64,000 nt of DNA from Candidatus Brennerbacteria bacterium (GCA_043799565.1 JAZDNP010000008.1:9553-73552), one strand, 5' to 3'; positions 45,657-62,151 are shown, counted from the first letter of the stretch. Notes: generated by a model not told the origin, from the sequence alone. Numbers and translations are program-made.

Positions 45657-47483
45657 ATGTCAAGTCGTAAAAAGTGCGCTACGATAAATATCCATATGGA
45701 CCTCCTCACGCAATACAAAAAAGAGAGCTTGGTGGGGCGCGCCTACGAGTTCGCGTCCGCGGCCCATAAGGACACGAAGCGAGAGTCGGGCGACCCTTAC
45801 TTTACGCACTGCGCCGCAGTAGCAGGGACCGTCGCAGAGTGGGGCTTGGACGAGGCGTCCGTCGCCGCGGCACTACTCCACGATGTCGTGGAAGACACTG
45901 CATTCACTCTCTCGGATATCTCCAGAGAGTTCGGGGAGGAGGTCGGGTTTCTTGTGGAGGGCCTTACAAAGTTGAAAAATCTTCCCCGGCCGGCCGCGAA
46001 CGAGGCAAGGAAAGAAGGCACCGAAGAGGCGGAAAATCTTCGAAAATTCATCATTTCTTTTGCGGAGGATATCCGAGTGCTCCTCATAAAACTCGCCGAC
46101 CGTCTCCATAATATGAGAACGCTTTCGGCGCTTACAGCCGAACGCCAAAAAAGGATAGCGGAGGAAACGCTTGAGGTCTACGCGCCACTCGCCTACCGTC
46201 TCGGAATGCAAAAACTTTCCGGGGATCTTGAAGATCTCGCATTCCACTTTGCACTTCCGGAGGAATTCGCGTGGCTTGAGAGCGCCATTAAAGACCCGTA
46301 TGAAGAACGACTTGCCTATGCCACCATGCTCATTCCAAAAATGGAAAATCTTCTCGCAACTCACGGAATCGCGCCGGTAATGGTCGATGCGCGCGCCAAA
46401 CGGCATTACAGTCTCTACAAAAAACTTTTCCGCCACGACATGGACGTGGGAAAGATCTACGACCTCGTGGCGGTCCGCATCGTCACCGAAACCATTGCCG
46501 ACTGTTATGCCGCGCTTGGCGTCATTCATCAAGAGTGGCCGCCGCTTCCCGGCCGTTTCAAGGATTATGTCGCACGCCCTAAACCGAACGGTTATCGGAG
46601 CCTTCACACCACCCTCTTCTGCGTGAACCACAAGATCACCGAATTCCAGATACGCACGAAGGAAATGCATGAAGAGGCCGAGCTTGGCATCGCTGCCCAC
46701 TGGGCGTACCAGCAAGTGAGGAGCACGGCTGGTGGCGCCACCCGTTGGAAAGGCGTCCGCAACCAAAAAGAACTCCGGTGGGTGGAACAGCTTCGAAACT
46801 GGCAGAACACGTTCGGGAATCAGGAAGAATTTATCCAAAACCTTAAAACCGACTTCTTTAAGGACCGCATCTTCGTTCTCACGCCGGAGAACGATGTTAT
46901 CGACCTTCCCACCGGGGCAACGCCCGTAGATTTTGCCTACCGTATCCACTCGGACCTCGGCGACAGCTGCGTGGGAGCGAAGGTAAACGGTAAGATGATA
47001 CCGCTCGATACTGAACTCCATTCCGGCGACATGGTGGAAATCATTGTGCAAAAAGGGAAAAAGCCCTCGGAGGACTGGATTCGATTCGTAAAAACGGCGC
47101 AGGCGAAGCAAAAAATACGCGGCGCGATTCGCGCATCCACCAACCGCTTTCAGTGGCGCGCCGAAGGACCTGTCGTTGAATTTCGCATCACGAATGAAGA
47201 CCGGCCGGGGTATTTGAAGGAGGTGACCGCAGTGTTCGGAAATATGAGAATAAATATCATCCGCCTCGCAAGCGACACAGACCCGCGGCGCACCTTCGCG
47301 AGCGTCACAATAGAATGCACCGGCGTCACGAAAGAAACTCTTGAAAAACTTCTCGTAAAGCTCAAAGCGCTCGCAGGAACCCGCGAAGTGCGTTTTGTAT
47401 ACAGAAACGTTGCTACCACTCCTCGCCGAGAAGCTTTGCCCGGACGCCGCGGTACTCCTCGTCGGAGTAAAAAGAAATCGTAA
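45657..47483 (+). CDS. rel: Bifunctional (p)ppGpp synthetase/hydrolase (RelA/SpoT homolog, short form)
   Basis: HD domain (HD at LLHDVVEDT), synthetase domain, TGS domain (DRIFVLTPENDVIDLPTGATPVDFAYRIHSDLG); GGAAGG SD before ATG 45657; 608 aa. Confidence 0.9.
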   Translation: MSSRKKCATINIHMDLLTQYKKESLVGRAYEFASAAHKDTKRESGDPYFTHCAAVAGTVAEWGLDEASVAAALLHDVVEDTAFTLSDISREFGEEVGFLVEGLTKLKNLPRPAANEARKEGTEEAENLRKFIISFAEDIRVLLIKLADRLHNMRTLSALTAERQKRIAEETLEVYAPLAYRLGMQKLSGDLEDLAFHFALPEEFAWLESAIKDPYEERLAYATMLIPKMENLLATHGIAPVMVDARAKRHYSLYKKLFRHDMDVGKIYDLVAVRIVTETIADCYAALGVIHQEWPPLPGRFKDYVARPKPNGYRSLHTTLFCVNHKITEFQIRTKEMHEEAELGIAAHWAYQQVRSTAGGATRWKGVRNQKELRWVEQLRNWQNTFGNQEEFIQNLKTDFFKDRIFVLTPENDVIDLPTGATPVDFAYRIHSDLGDSCVGAKVNGKMIPLDTELHSGDMVEIIVQKGKKPSEDWIRFVKTAQAKQKIRGAIRASTNRFQWRAEGPVVEFRITNEDRPGYLKEVTAVFGNMRINIIRLASDTDPRRTFASVTIECTGVTKETLEKLLVKLKALAGTREVRFVYRNVATTPRREALPGRRGTPRRSKKKS

Positions 47484-48348
47484 TAGTTCCGCCTTTGGAT
47501 TTCCGCACCACCTTCACGGGCGTGCCAAGCTTTTCTTCCAGCGCGCGCACCGTGGCGATATCTTCCGGCGATGCAGGTGCGGTTCCCGCTTTTTCGCGGA
47601 AGGTACGTACGGTGGCACGGCCGGTCAGAAATTCCTGAAATAATCGCATGCGCGCGGAGAGGTCCTCCACGGAAAGAAGCGTACGTGCCTGCGATTCGTT
47701 TATTTTCCCTTCAGAGAGCGCGAGAAGCGCATCGGAAGGAAGGCCGAGAAGCCGAAGTGTGTTTGCCACCGCTTCGCGGCTCTTTCCCACCCGAAGCCCG
47801 ATTTCCCGCTGGGTAAGTCCGAACTCTTCCTGAAGTCGCGCATAGGCCCGCGCGGTTTCAAGCGAGGAAAGATCGCTCCGCTGGATATTCTCAATAAGCG
47901 CCACTTCAAGCTTCATCTGGCGCGAATCCATCTGCGTTACCACCGCAGGCACACGCGGGAGCCCTGCACGCTTTGCCGCAAGAAGGCGCCGCTCGCCTGC
48001 GATGAGCTCGTACTCCACCACCGCCCCGTGGGGGGTTTCCTCCACATGTTTTGAAACCACCAAGGGCTGGAGCACACCGAATTCGCGGATGGAGGCCGCA
48101 AGTTCGTCCAGTTCTTCCTCTTTGAAGGTATGGCGCGGTTGATACGGATTCGGTTTTATTTTTTCAACCTCTATCTGGAAAATGGATTCTTGATGGGGCT
48201 TTTTCTGCACATTCTCCCGAGGATACGCTTCTTCTCGCGAAGAAGGCGGAAGGGGGCGCAAAGCAACCGCAGGTGCGGGCGCAGGCGCGGCAGAGGAAGG
48301 TGCCACCGATTTTTTCGGCAAAAGCGATTCTAATCCTTTCCCCAACAT
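47413..48348 (-). CDS. parB: Chromosome partitioning protein ParB
   Basis: ParB box GERRLLAAKRAGLPRVPAVV and HTH; 71-nt convergent overlap with rel 3' end. Confidence 0.9.
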   Translation of the reverse strand: MLGKGLESLLPKKSVAPSSAAPAPAPAVALRPLPPSSREEAYPRENVQKKPHQESIFQIEVEKIKPNPYQPRHTFKEEELDELAASIREFGVLQPLVVSKHVEETPHGAVVEYELIAGERRLLAAKRAGLPRVPAVVTQMDSRQMKLEVALIENIQRSDLSSLETARAYARLQEEFGLTQREIGLRVGKSREAVANTLRLLGLPSDALLALSEGKINESQARTLLSVEDLSARMRLFQEFLTGRATVRTFREKAGTAPASPEDIATVRALEEKLGTPVKVVRKSKGGTITISFYSDEEYRGVRAKLLGEEW

Positions 48349-48640
48349 ATCTTTATTGTATATGAAAAACTAAAACAGAGGCGTACGCGCGCCCCTCCCC
48401 TTCCACCATCCCCCAGTTTTAAACATTTCGAGAGTCTTAAATAAATGAAATGAAATTAATAAAGAACAGCAAGAAATGACGGGTTCAGGTGTAAAAGAGC
48501 GGGACTCACGCACAGAACTCTGTTTTAGCAAACGTATCAGATACGTGGCTTATGCTCTCAGAATCCCCCACATGACGACGAACGTTCCGGCCGGACACAT
48601 TTGCCGCCCTATGTTGAACCCCTCAAGTACAAGACCAGCA

Positions 48641-49507
48641 CTATGATAGTGATTCTACGCCGCCCGTGTCAAAACCGCCCACCTGTGGATAATCGGGGGC
48701 CGGCGGAGAGGGCGGATCGTTAAAGTACCGCACCGGAACCTCTGGAATTTCGCCCTGTGCAATGACCTCTTCCGCGAGACGCTCGTAGGCGAAGGCGCCG
48801 GGGCTCTGCGGAGCGTACAACATGATGGGCTTCCGAAACTGCGGCGCCTCGGCGAGCGCGACCGAGCGCGGTATCTCCACGTTATACACATGATGAGGAA
48901 ATCGCTTCCGTATCTCCCGTGCAATCTCGCGCGAGAGTTTCTCGCGTTTGTCATACATCGTGAGAAGCGCGCCGCCAACCTTCAGGTCGTGGCCTAAATT
49001 GTTCCGCACGAGGTTGATGGTTTGGATAAGCTGGTCCAATCCTTCCAAACTCAAATACTCGCACTGGATGGGTACCACCACTTCCCCCGCCGCCATAAGC
49101 GCATTCACGGTCAGAAGATGCAGACTAGGACCGAGGTCAATAACGATAAAATCGTAACTACTTCCCACTTTTTCCACGAAATTGCGAAGCACACGTTCGC
49201 GCTCCGGCACTTCCACCAGCTCTATCAAGGCCCCCGCAAGATCGGCGGATGCCGGCACCGCATGAAGGTGCGTAAGATACGTCGGCTTGATGACGCGTTC
49301 ATGCGGCACGCCCGCAAGAAGCGCGTGGTAGATGGTCTCGTCCGAAGCATGGACAACGCCGAGACACATCGTTGCGTTGAACTGCGGGTCAAAATCAATG
49401 AGGAGCGTTTTCTTACCGCGCATCGCAAGGTACGACGCAAGGTTCACCGCAGTCGTGGTTTTCCCCACTCCGCCTTTCTGGTTCAATATCGCGATAACGC
49501 GCGCCAT
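48641..49507 (-). CDS. parA: Chromosome partitioning ATPase ParA/Soj with extended C-terminal tail
   Basis: Deviant Walker A NQKGGVGKTTTAVNLA; ~35-aa Pro-rich tail. Confidence 0.92.
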   Translation of the reverse strand: MARVIAILNQKGGVGKTTTAVNLASYLAMRGKKTLLIDFDPQFNATMCLGVVHASDETIYHALLAGVPHERVIKPTYLTHLHAVPASADLAGALIELVEVPERERVLRNFVEKVGSSYDFIVIDLGPSLHLLTVNALMAAGEVVVPIQCEYLSLEGLDQLIQTINLVRNNLGHDLKVGGALLTMYDKREKLSREIAREIRKRFPHHVYNVEIPRSVALAEAPQFRKPIMLYAPQSPGAFAYERLAEEVIAQGEIPEVPVRYFNDPPSPPAPDYPQVGGFDTGGVESLS

Positions 49508-49570
49508 GTTGCTTCAATTCTACGATTTTTGCTTGATTTTCACAATGAAATACGGTGTAATGACGTTGTC

Positions 49571-49653
49571 GCCCGGGTGGCGGAATGGTATACGCGCACG
49601 ACTCAAAATCGTGTGATCGCAAGGTCTTGTGGGTTCGAGTCCCACCCCGGGCA
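49571..49653 (+). tRNA. tRNA-Leu (anticodon CAA)
   Basis: Class II tRNA: acceptor GCCCGGG/CCCGGGC, anticodon stem CACGA/TCGTG loop CTCAAAA, long variable arm, T-arm GTGGG-TTCGAGT-CCCAC, discriminator A. Confidence 0.85.
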
Positions 49654-49737
49654 CCGAATGTAACTTTGTAGGAATTGATGCCGCGCCCATTGCCAAAACA
49701 CCCGAGGCCGTACCAAGACGGATATTCTGTCTTCGGA

Positions 49738-50106
49738 ATGCGGAGTTTCGAACTTCCCCTTGGAACCGGCAACATTCATGTTTGGCCGCAACTTGTATGG
49801 GACTTTCTCAATGTTCATTTTACAGATACGGCAGTTTTAGCTTTGCTGTTTGGAATTCTGTTTCTGACAAAATCAACCCCACAAACATCAAGAAGCTATA
49901 AGATGATATTACTCGGCGCGGTGATATTTACGGCTTTTTTGATGTTTGGACATTTTTCATTTTTAATCTTTAACATAGACCCGACTGGAGGGTATTATTC
50001 TAGATTTACCAGAATAGAACTGCTTAGCCAATACTGGTTCCAGTGGGACTTCTGGTCCGAACTGGTAATTTTAGTAGGCGCGTTGTGGCTGCTTTTTAAA
50101 GGCTAG
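49738..50106 (+). CDS. Small hypothetical membrane protein in an A+T-rich insert
   Basis: Two predicted TM helices; ORF track start at 49675 overlaps the tRNA flank, so trimmed to the internal ATG; weak SD. Confidence 0.3.
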   Translation: MRSFELPLGTGNIHVWPQLVWDFLNVHFTDTAVLALLFGILFLTKSTPQTSRSYKMILLGAVIFTAFLMFGHFSFLIFNIDPTGGYYSRFTRIELLSQYWFQWDFWSELVILVGALWLLFKG

Positions 50107-50287
50107 TAGAAAATTGGCGTTACGGCGTATTTCGCTTTGCGAAATACGAAATTCGGCGGCGGCGGAAAGCTTCGCGCGATTTGATTTTTATACTAGTGGG
50201 GCTCGAAGGGAACCCGAAGCGCTCGTGGGACGAGAGGAAGCGATGGTCCCTGGCTTAGAAGGAGACGCTTTGCGTCGTGGGAGAAGG

Positions 50288-50304
50288 AGTCCCACCCCGG
50301 GCAC
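50288..50304 (+). repeat. Direct repeat of tRNA-Leu 3' end (17/17 nt, extended imperfectly to ~30 nt)
   Basis: AGTCCCACCCCGGGCAC identical to 49638..49654; preceding GTGGG-loop resembles a degenerate T-arm. Confidence 0.85.
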
Positions 50305-50323
50305 AAAAGGTATAATAAACGCG

Positions 50324-50581
50324 ATGTTCGACATCTTCTTTCCTCTCAAACGAAAGGCGCTCGCGGCGGAAAAGCTGGATAAACTTCTCCGCGAAATCCC
50401 GGCGCTCTCGCCGGAAGAACGAGAATATGTGGAAGCGGCGTTTGGCCGTTTTCAGGCGAACGGCATCTCAAAACTCGAGGCCGAACAGGTTATCCGCGGG
50501 CTGAAGATCAACTACAAAGATTCATTGGAACAAAGCGAGGTGGAGAAAATAAAGCTCAAAATCCTTTCGTTTTTCGTATAA
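50324..50581 (+). CDS. Small hypothetical protein (85 aa)
   Basis: TATAAT at 50311-50316, 7 nt before the ATG (leaderless-type arrangement); ORF track's upstream extension covers the repeat/non-coding region. Confidence 0.45.
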   Translation: MFDIFFPLKRKALAAEKLDKLLREIPALSPEEREYVEAAFGRFQANGISKLEAEQVIRGLKINYKDSLEQSEVEKIKLKILSFFV

Positions 50582-50597
50582 TTTGTGGCGAGCAACA

Positions 50598-50640
50598 TAT
50601 GTCTTCAAAAAACTCCCATATGGGAGTTTTTTGAAGACAT
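50598..50640. terminator. Perfect ~20-bp palindrome acting as bidirectional terminator between convergent genes
   Basis: ATGTCTTCAAAAAACTCCCA-TA-TGGGAGTTTTTTGAAGACAT; A/T tracts on both sides. Confidence 0.7.
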
Positions 50641-50653
50641 TGATTTTTCTATT

Positions 50654-51190
50654 CTAGCTCGCAGACACTTTTACGGTCCGAGGAACCTTTTTTAGAATCC
50701 AGTATACCGCGAGTACAGAGAGGGCGCCCACCACGGCGCCCGCAACAATGTCGGTCGGCCAATGTACGCCCGCGATGACGCGTGCGAGACCGTTTATGAG
50801 CGCGAGCCCTCCAAACCAGTATCCCCACTTTCGGTCGATAAACCACACCGCAAGTGCGAGGGCAAAGAAAATCGCCGCGTGTCCCGACGGAAAGGCGTAC
50901 GTCATGCTCTGTTCCACCAAGGGCTCAAACCCGAGTGCCACGAACGGCCGCGGGCGCTCCACAAAATAACGGATGAGCTCGGTCAGAAATCCACGCGAAA
51001 CAAGAAGCGTAAGTGCAATGAAGATAAGATTCTCCAAACGCTTTACCGGTGAGGAACTCTTAAAAACGAGCACCAGCGCCATAAGCGCGAGCCCCCACGG
51101 GAGATAACGTGCGGCAACGATAATAAACCAATCGCTCACCGCGGAAATGCTCGCCCACGAGTGGAGAAAATTGAAGAGCGCGCTGTCCAT
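50654..51190 (-). CDS. PAP2-family membrane phosphatase (undecaprenyl-diphosphatase-like)
   Basis: PSGH and SRVIAGVHWPTD PAP2 motifs in a 6-TM protein. Confidence 0.85.
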   Translation of the reverse strand: MDSALFNFLHSWASISAVSDWFIIVAARYLPWGLALMALVLVFKSSSPVKRLENLIFIALTLLVSRGFLTELIRYFVERPRPFVALGFEPLVEQSMTYAFPSGHAAIFFALALAVWFIDRKWGYWFGGLALINGLARVIAGVHWPTDIVAGAVVGALSVLAVYWILKKVPRTVKVSAS

Positions 51191-51193
51191 CGG

Positions 51194-51400
51194 TTAGTGG
51201 CGAACGAATGGAAGAAGGCCCATGACCCTTGCGCGCTTAATACCGCGCGAGAGCATTCGTTGATGTTTTGCGCACACGCCCGTGTGACGAGGATCCACGA
51301 TTTTTGCTTGACCCGACACGAATCGACGAAGCACCTCAATGTTCCGATAATCAATCTCCTGTACGTTCTGCGAGCAAAATACGCACTGTCTTGTAAGCAT
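51194..51400 (-). CDS. rpsR: 30S ribosomal protein S18
   Basis: 68 aa; CVFCS...IDYRNIEVLRRFVS S18 signature; rpsF-ssb-rpsR arrangement. Confidence 0.93.
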   Translation of the reverse strand: MLTRQCVFCSQNVQEIDYRNIEVLRRFVSGQAKIVDPRHTGVCAKHQRMLSRGIKRARVMGLLPFVRH

Positions 51401-51870
51401 TAAAATGGTATGTTTTCCGGCTTGATATCACCCTCCTCAATGTTTATCTCGGGGAGTTCCTCGCGCACCGGCGCATCAACACCTTTCGCGGGGCTGTTCC
51501 CGTATCCCGAACCTCCCTGTGCTCCGCTCGGAGAAGAACCGGCTGCGCGCGGACCAAACTGCATACGCTCACACACCACCTCGGTCGTGGTACGGTTCTG
51601 CCCCTGCTTGTCCTGCCATGAACGGTTTTGGATGCGCCCCTCCACCATTGCCATACTCCCCTTCTTTAAAAATTGGCTCGCAATCTCCGCCTGCCGTCCC
51701 CACACCACTACGTTGTGGAATTGCACGTCTTCCTGTTTTTGGCCCTGCTTGTCGGTCCACACGCGGTTTGTTGCGATGCTAAACGACGCGACGGATTGTC
51801 CGCCCGTGGTCGTGCGAAGCTGGGGGTCAGCGGTCAGGCGTCCGATGAGGAATACTTTGTTGAGATTCAT
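51400..51870 (-). CDS. ssb: Single-stranded DNA-binding protein
   Basis: OB-fold N-domain, Gly/Gln-rich linker, acidic C-terminal tip ...EENIPF. Confidence 0.93.
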   Translation of the reverse strand: MNLNKVFLIGRLTADPQLRTTTGGQSVASFSIATNRVWTDKQGQKQEDVQFHNVVVWGRQAEIASQFLKKGSMAMVEGRIQNRSWQDKQGQNRTTTEVVCERMQFGPRAAGSSPSGAQGGSGYGNSPAKGVDAPVREELPEINIEEGDIKPENIPF

Positions 51871-51875
51871 CGTCT

Positions 51876-52286
51876 TTATTGTAGTATCTCCTCTATCTTC
51901 TTTTCAATCGCCTCGTTCGTGAGTACCGAGGATTCCTGCGGCACCATGCGCGGAAGTGCCGGACGCTTGCGTTCCACGGGCTTCCGTTCCTCTCCCCTGC
52001 CTTCCGTCGGAGAAACCGATTTGGTGATGAGAAAACGAATTACGCCAGGCGCAAGCGAAAGCGCACGCGACAAGGGTGCCACGTCTTCGGGAGGAAGCGA
52101 TACATGAAGTGCGCCGAAGAACGCGAAGGATTCTTTTGCTATCTTGAATTCGAACCTCACCTTCTCAAAGGGCTTTTCTTTTGTCACTTCACCGTGATGC
52201 GCGGCAACCACGGACTTCACTGGCGCGGAATTCTCTTCCTTAGTGTAGAAGGCTATTTCGTACGTATTGTGCTGTTTTTCGTCCAT
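51876..52286 (-). CDS. rpsF: 30S ribosomal protein S6 with C-terminal extension
   Basis: S6 fold in first ~95 aa (YEIAFY...); position upstream of ssb-rpsR. Confidence 0.85.
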   Translation of the reverse strand: MDEKQHNTYEIAFYTKEENSAPVKSVVAAHHGEVTKEKPFEKVRFEFKIAKESFAFFGALHVSLPPEDVAPLSRALSLAPGVIRFLITKSVSPTEGRGEERKPVERKRPALPRMVPQESSVLTNEAIEKKIEEILQ

Positions 52287-52323
52287 ATTCGTGTGGGTAA
52301 CCTATCACACCGTGAGGGTGGAA

Positions 52324-56025
<3,702 letters not shown>

Positions 56026-56029
56026 AATG

Positions 56030-59221
<3,192 letters not shown>

Positions 59222-59230
59222 TGTGTTTCG

Positions 59231-60328
59231 TTATAAGTATTTCGCGCGATTTGCGTTATGTTCTTCTAACGTTCGGGAAAAAATGGTCTCTTTCGTGCCG
59301 TCTGCGGAAAGATAGTAAAGGTAAGGGCTGGTAACGGGTTCCGCTGCCGCTTTCATTGTTGAGGCCCCGGGATTTGAGATGGGGGTAGGAGGAAATCCCT
59401 GCTTCGTATAGGTGTTATAGGGGGACGGAAAGGTGAGATCGCTCCTTCCGATAACCACACTTTCGCATTCGCGATAGCTCCCCGCGCACTTTGCGTAGCT
59501 CACTGTAGCGTCCACTTGAAGCGGGATACCCAAGCGAATGCGTTTCAAAAGAATTCCCGCTACCGTCTGCCGATCCGCGAACGTGATGACCTCTCTCTCT
59601 AACAGCGAAGCGAGAATAAGTGCTTGATACCAATCACTTTCGTCCTCTATGAGCGGCCTCCCCTTCCGCATAAAATTCTCCAACATCCTTCGCGCAACCG
59701 ATTCCGCCGTCGCATCTACCGTGAAGTAGTATGTGTCCGGGAACAAAAGTCCTTCGAGCGACGTCACGCGTGCGAGCGCCGGAAATTCCAGCACGAACGT
59801 TTCGGGGCGGAGTGCCGCAAGCGTGCCTTTCCGTATCACTCCGGATTCGGCGAGAATTCCGTCAACATCTTTCAGACTCGAGCCTTCAGGAATCGTCACC
59901 AGCACATCCCCTTGGCTTCCAGCGGTGAGCACCGAAACAATTTCCGGTGCGCTCATCGCGGGCGAAAGTTCGTACACACCCGGTTGAAATTTCTGCGCCC
60001 GTCCCGCGAGAAGCGCATATAATTTGAAGACCGAGAGTGAGCGCACGAGATTTGCCTGTGAAAGTTTTCCGCCAATCTCGCGAAATCCTTCTCCTTTTAC
60101 GATTGTAAATCTGGCCACCGTTCCTTCACGCACCTCATCCCCAAGTTCCGATCCCATTTCTTCTCCCCGCGGGAGGTCTGAAGCAATGGGCTGGAGACCG
60201 TAAAAAAAATACGCGACTCCTATGAGAAGGATTAGGCAAGCGCCAAGCGAAAAAAGAAAGCGCAAACCAACCCTCCCTCCTTGTTTAACTTGAGGATTCA
60301 ACGTGAATATGCTGGATGATACCAACAA
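59231..60328 (-). CDS. mltG: Endolytic murein transglycosylase MltG (YceG family)
   Basis: N-terminal TM, YceG-like domain. Confidence 0.85.
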   Translation of the reverse strand: MLVSSSIFTLNPQVKQGGRVGLRFLFSLGACLILLIGVAYFFYGLQPIASDLPRGEEMGSELGDEVREGTVARFTIVKGEGFREIGGKLSQANLVRSLSVFKLYALLAGRAQKFQPGVYELSPAMSAPEIVSVLTAGSQGDVLVTIPEGSSLKDVDGILAESGVIRKGTLAALRPETFVLEFPALARVTSLEGLLFPDTYYFTVDATAESVARRMLENFMRKGRPLIEDESDWYQALILASLLEREVITFADRQTVAGILLKRIRLGIPLQVDATVSYAKCAGSYRECESVVIGRSDLTFPSPYNTYTKQGFPPTPISNPGASTMKAAAEPVTSPYLYYLSADGTKETIFSRTLEEHNANRAKYL

Positions 60329-61361
60329 GAAGCGCAGCCGTCAAGAGGCTCGACCCCCCGTAGCTGAAGAAGGGAAATGTGAGCCCGGTAACCGGGAGGA
60401 GGCCAACATTCGACCCGGTATTCACAAAAAACTGCGCGAGAAAAAGCGCGGCGGCTCCTATCGCAAGAAATCGCGAATAATTATCGTTCGCACGCGCCCC
60501 GATAGAAATGATACGGACAAGGAACGTAAAATATGCGGCGAGCAACACCAAGGCGCCTACCGTTCCCCATTCCTCCACGAATGCGGCAAAAAGGAAGTCG
60601 TTGTGCGCCGCCGGAAGAAAACCGAGACGGGCTTGTGTACCACCGCCAAAACCTTTTCCAAAAAATCCCGCAGAGCCTATTGCAATCTTGGACTGTATTA
60701 CGTTGTAACTGGTTCCCAAGGGATCGCGTTCGGGAAATAAAAATCCGGTGATACGCGCCTTCTGGTAAGGAGCGAGTGCGAAGCTCCAAAGAAGGGCAGT
60801 GGCAATTCCCGCAAGTACCACGCCTGCAAAGAATCTTTTCATATGAATACCACTCGCAAGAAATATACCGAGCCAAATGGTAAGCACGATAAGTGCGGAC
60901 CCAAGATCAGGGTGAAACATAATGAGCATAACCGGGATTCCCACCGCGACGAGAGAAAAAAGAATATTCCTACCCCTCCACGCTTCAAGATGGCGCCGCG
61001 CAAAGAAGTGCGCGAGAAGAACGATGAGCGCGAGTTTCATAAGTTCGGAAGGTTCGAATTGAAACCCACCTACTATGAGCCAGCTTGTGGTTCCACGAAT
61101 AACGGTCCCTTGGAGATGCGTGGCCACAAGGAGCAAAAGTGCAAGCCCATACAACCCGAAACGAAACCAGCGCTCCCCTCCCAGCCAGCGCCAATTAATA
61201 TACACGGCCCCAAAAATGATGATAAGCGCGATACCGTACCATAGGAGCTGCCGGAGGAAAAAATCGGGCGCAATAGATGCAAGCGCAATAAGGCTCGCGC
61301 TCGCGATCACCACGAGCGCGCCCATCATTTTCCAGTCCAAGGCGTGAAACCGATACTTCAT
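60285..61361 (-). CDS. SEDS-family peptidoglycan glycosyltransferase (RodA/FtsW)
   Basis: 10-TM SEDS protein; start moved to MKYRFHALDW (61361), directly after the upstream gene stop; ORF track's longer form overlaps the upstream gene by 149 nt. Confidence 0.88.
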   Translation of the reverse strand: MKYRFHALDWKMMGALVVIASASLIALASIAPDFFLRQLLWYGIALIIIFGAVYINWRWLGGERWFRFGLYGLALLLLVATHLQGTVIRGTTSWLIVGGFQFEPSELMKLALIVLLAHFFARRHLEAWRGRNILFSLVAVGIPVMLIMFHPDLGSALIVLTIWLGIFLASGIHMKRFFAGVVLAGIATALLWSFALAPYQKARITGFLFPERDPLGTSYNVIQSKIAIGSAGFFGKGFGGGTQARLGFLPAAHNDFLFAAFVEEWGTVGALVLLAAYFTFLVRIISIGARANDNYSRFLAIGAAALFLAQFFVNTGSNVGLLPVTGLTFPFFSYGGSSLLTAALLVGIIQHIHVESSS

Positions 61362-61362
61362 G

Positions 61363-62070
61363 TCAGTGTGCTTCCACGATAATTTCGGTTCCGTCCGGAG
61401 CCGCGCGCTCGGAAATGCCCCTATCGCGGGGAAAACGTATGAAAAATGACCGGAAACTACCGCCTGAAATATTCTCCAAAAGTGTTTGTGCCGCAAAGAG
61501 CGGGAAACCATTTGTGTCCTTCATAAACGCGATGATCCACACGGTGGTCGCGGAAACCGCTCCCATATTTCTCACCTCCCCACTAACGACCACGCCGAGT
61601 TCATCGGAAGATGTTTCCGCACGCGATACCACAAGCGTTGGACGCACAAGGAACTCGGAAGACTCCCAGTCCGGCGTGCCGATATCCAAAACTGCGCTCG
61701 AGTCCTCCGCGAATGTTGGGGAAGACACAATCTCAAGAAGCGACACGGCTTCAGATGGATACACAAAACCGGTTCGGCGAGGAGTTTCCATCACCACAAC
61801 ATCTCCTCGCATGATGCGAAACGAGTATGGGAATGAAGATGCCACATATGTCGCGTTTGGATTCCACACGCGCCCGAGAAATGCCACGCTCCCGTCTGCG
61901 GCGGTCATCACGGTAACTTCCCCACGCACTTCAAGCTGGCGAGCAGCGGTAGATACCGGCGCGGGAGATTCCTCCTCCTGCACTCCGAAGGGGGCTACGG
62001 AAACCAAAATAAGCGCGAGAATGGCGAGGTAGAACATGCCGTAACTTATTTGTTTTGCGGTACGGCTCAT
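61363..62070 (-). CDS. Hypothetical membrane-anchored protein (235 aa)
   Basis: N-terminal TM helix, no recognisable domain; tightly coupled (4-nt gap) to the SEDS gene. Confidence 0.6.
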   Translation of the reverse strand: MSRTAKQISYGMFYLAILALILVSVAPFGVQEEESPAPVSTAARQLEVRGEVTVMTAADGSVAFLGRVWNPNATYVASSFPYSFRIMRGDVVVMETPRRTGFVYPSEAVSLLEIVSSPTFAEDSSAVLDIGTPDWESSEFLVRPTLVVSRAETSSDELGVVVSGEVRNMGAVSATTVWIIAFMKDTNGFPLFAAQTLLENISGGSFRSFFIRFPRDRGISERAAPDGTEIIVEAH

Positions 62071-62151
62071 GTCAAAGAGTATAAGGCATCAGGTATAAAG
62101 TATCATGTATGAGACTTTTTATCCCATACTTTATACCTCATACTTTCTACT

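Noticed and set aside
45873-47111. 412-aa minus-strand ORF antisense to rel
   Set aside because: The plus-strand frame carries the HD, synthetase and TGS motifs; the antisense ORF is a high-GC shadow.
50114-50323. First 70 codons of the ORF 50114..50581
   Set aside because: The extension covers the hairpin and the tRNA-derived direct repeat. A TATAAT box sits inside it 7 nt before the internal ATG, which is the more plausible start.
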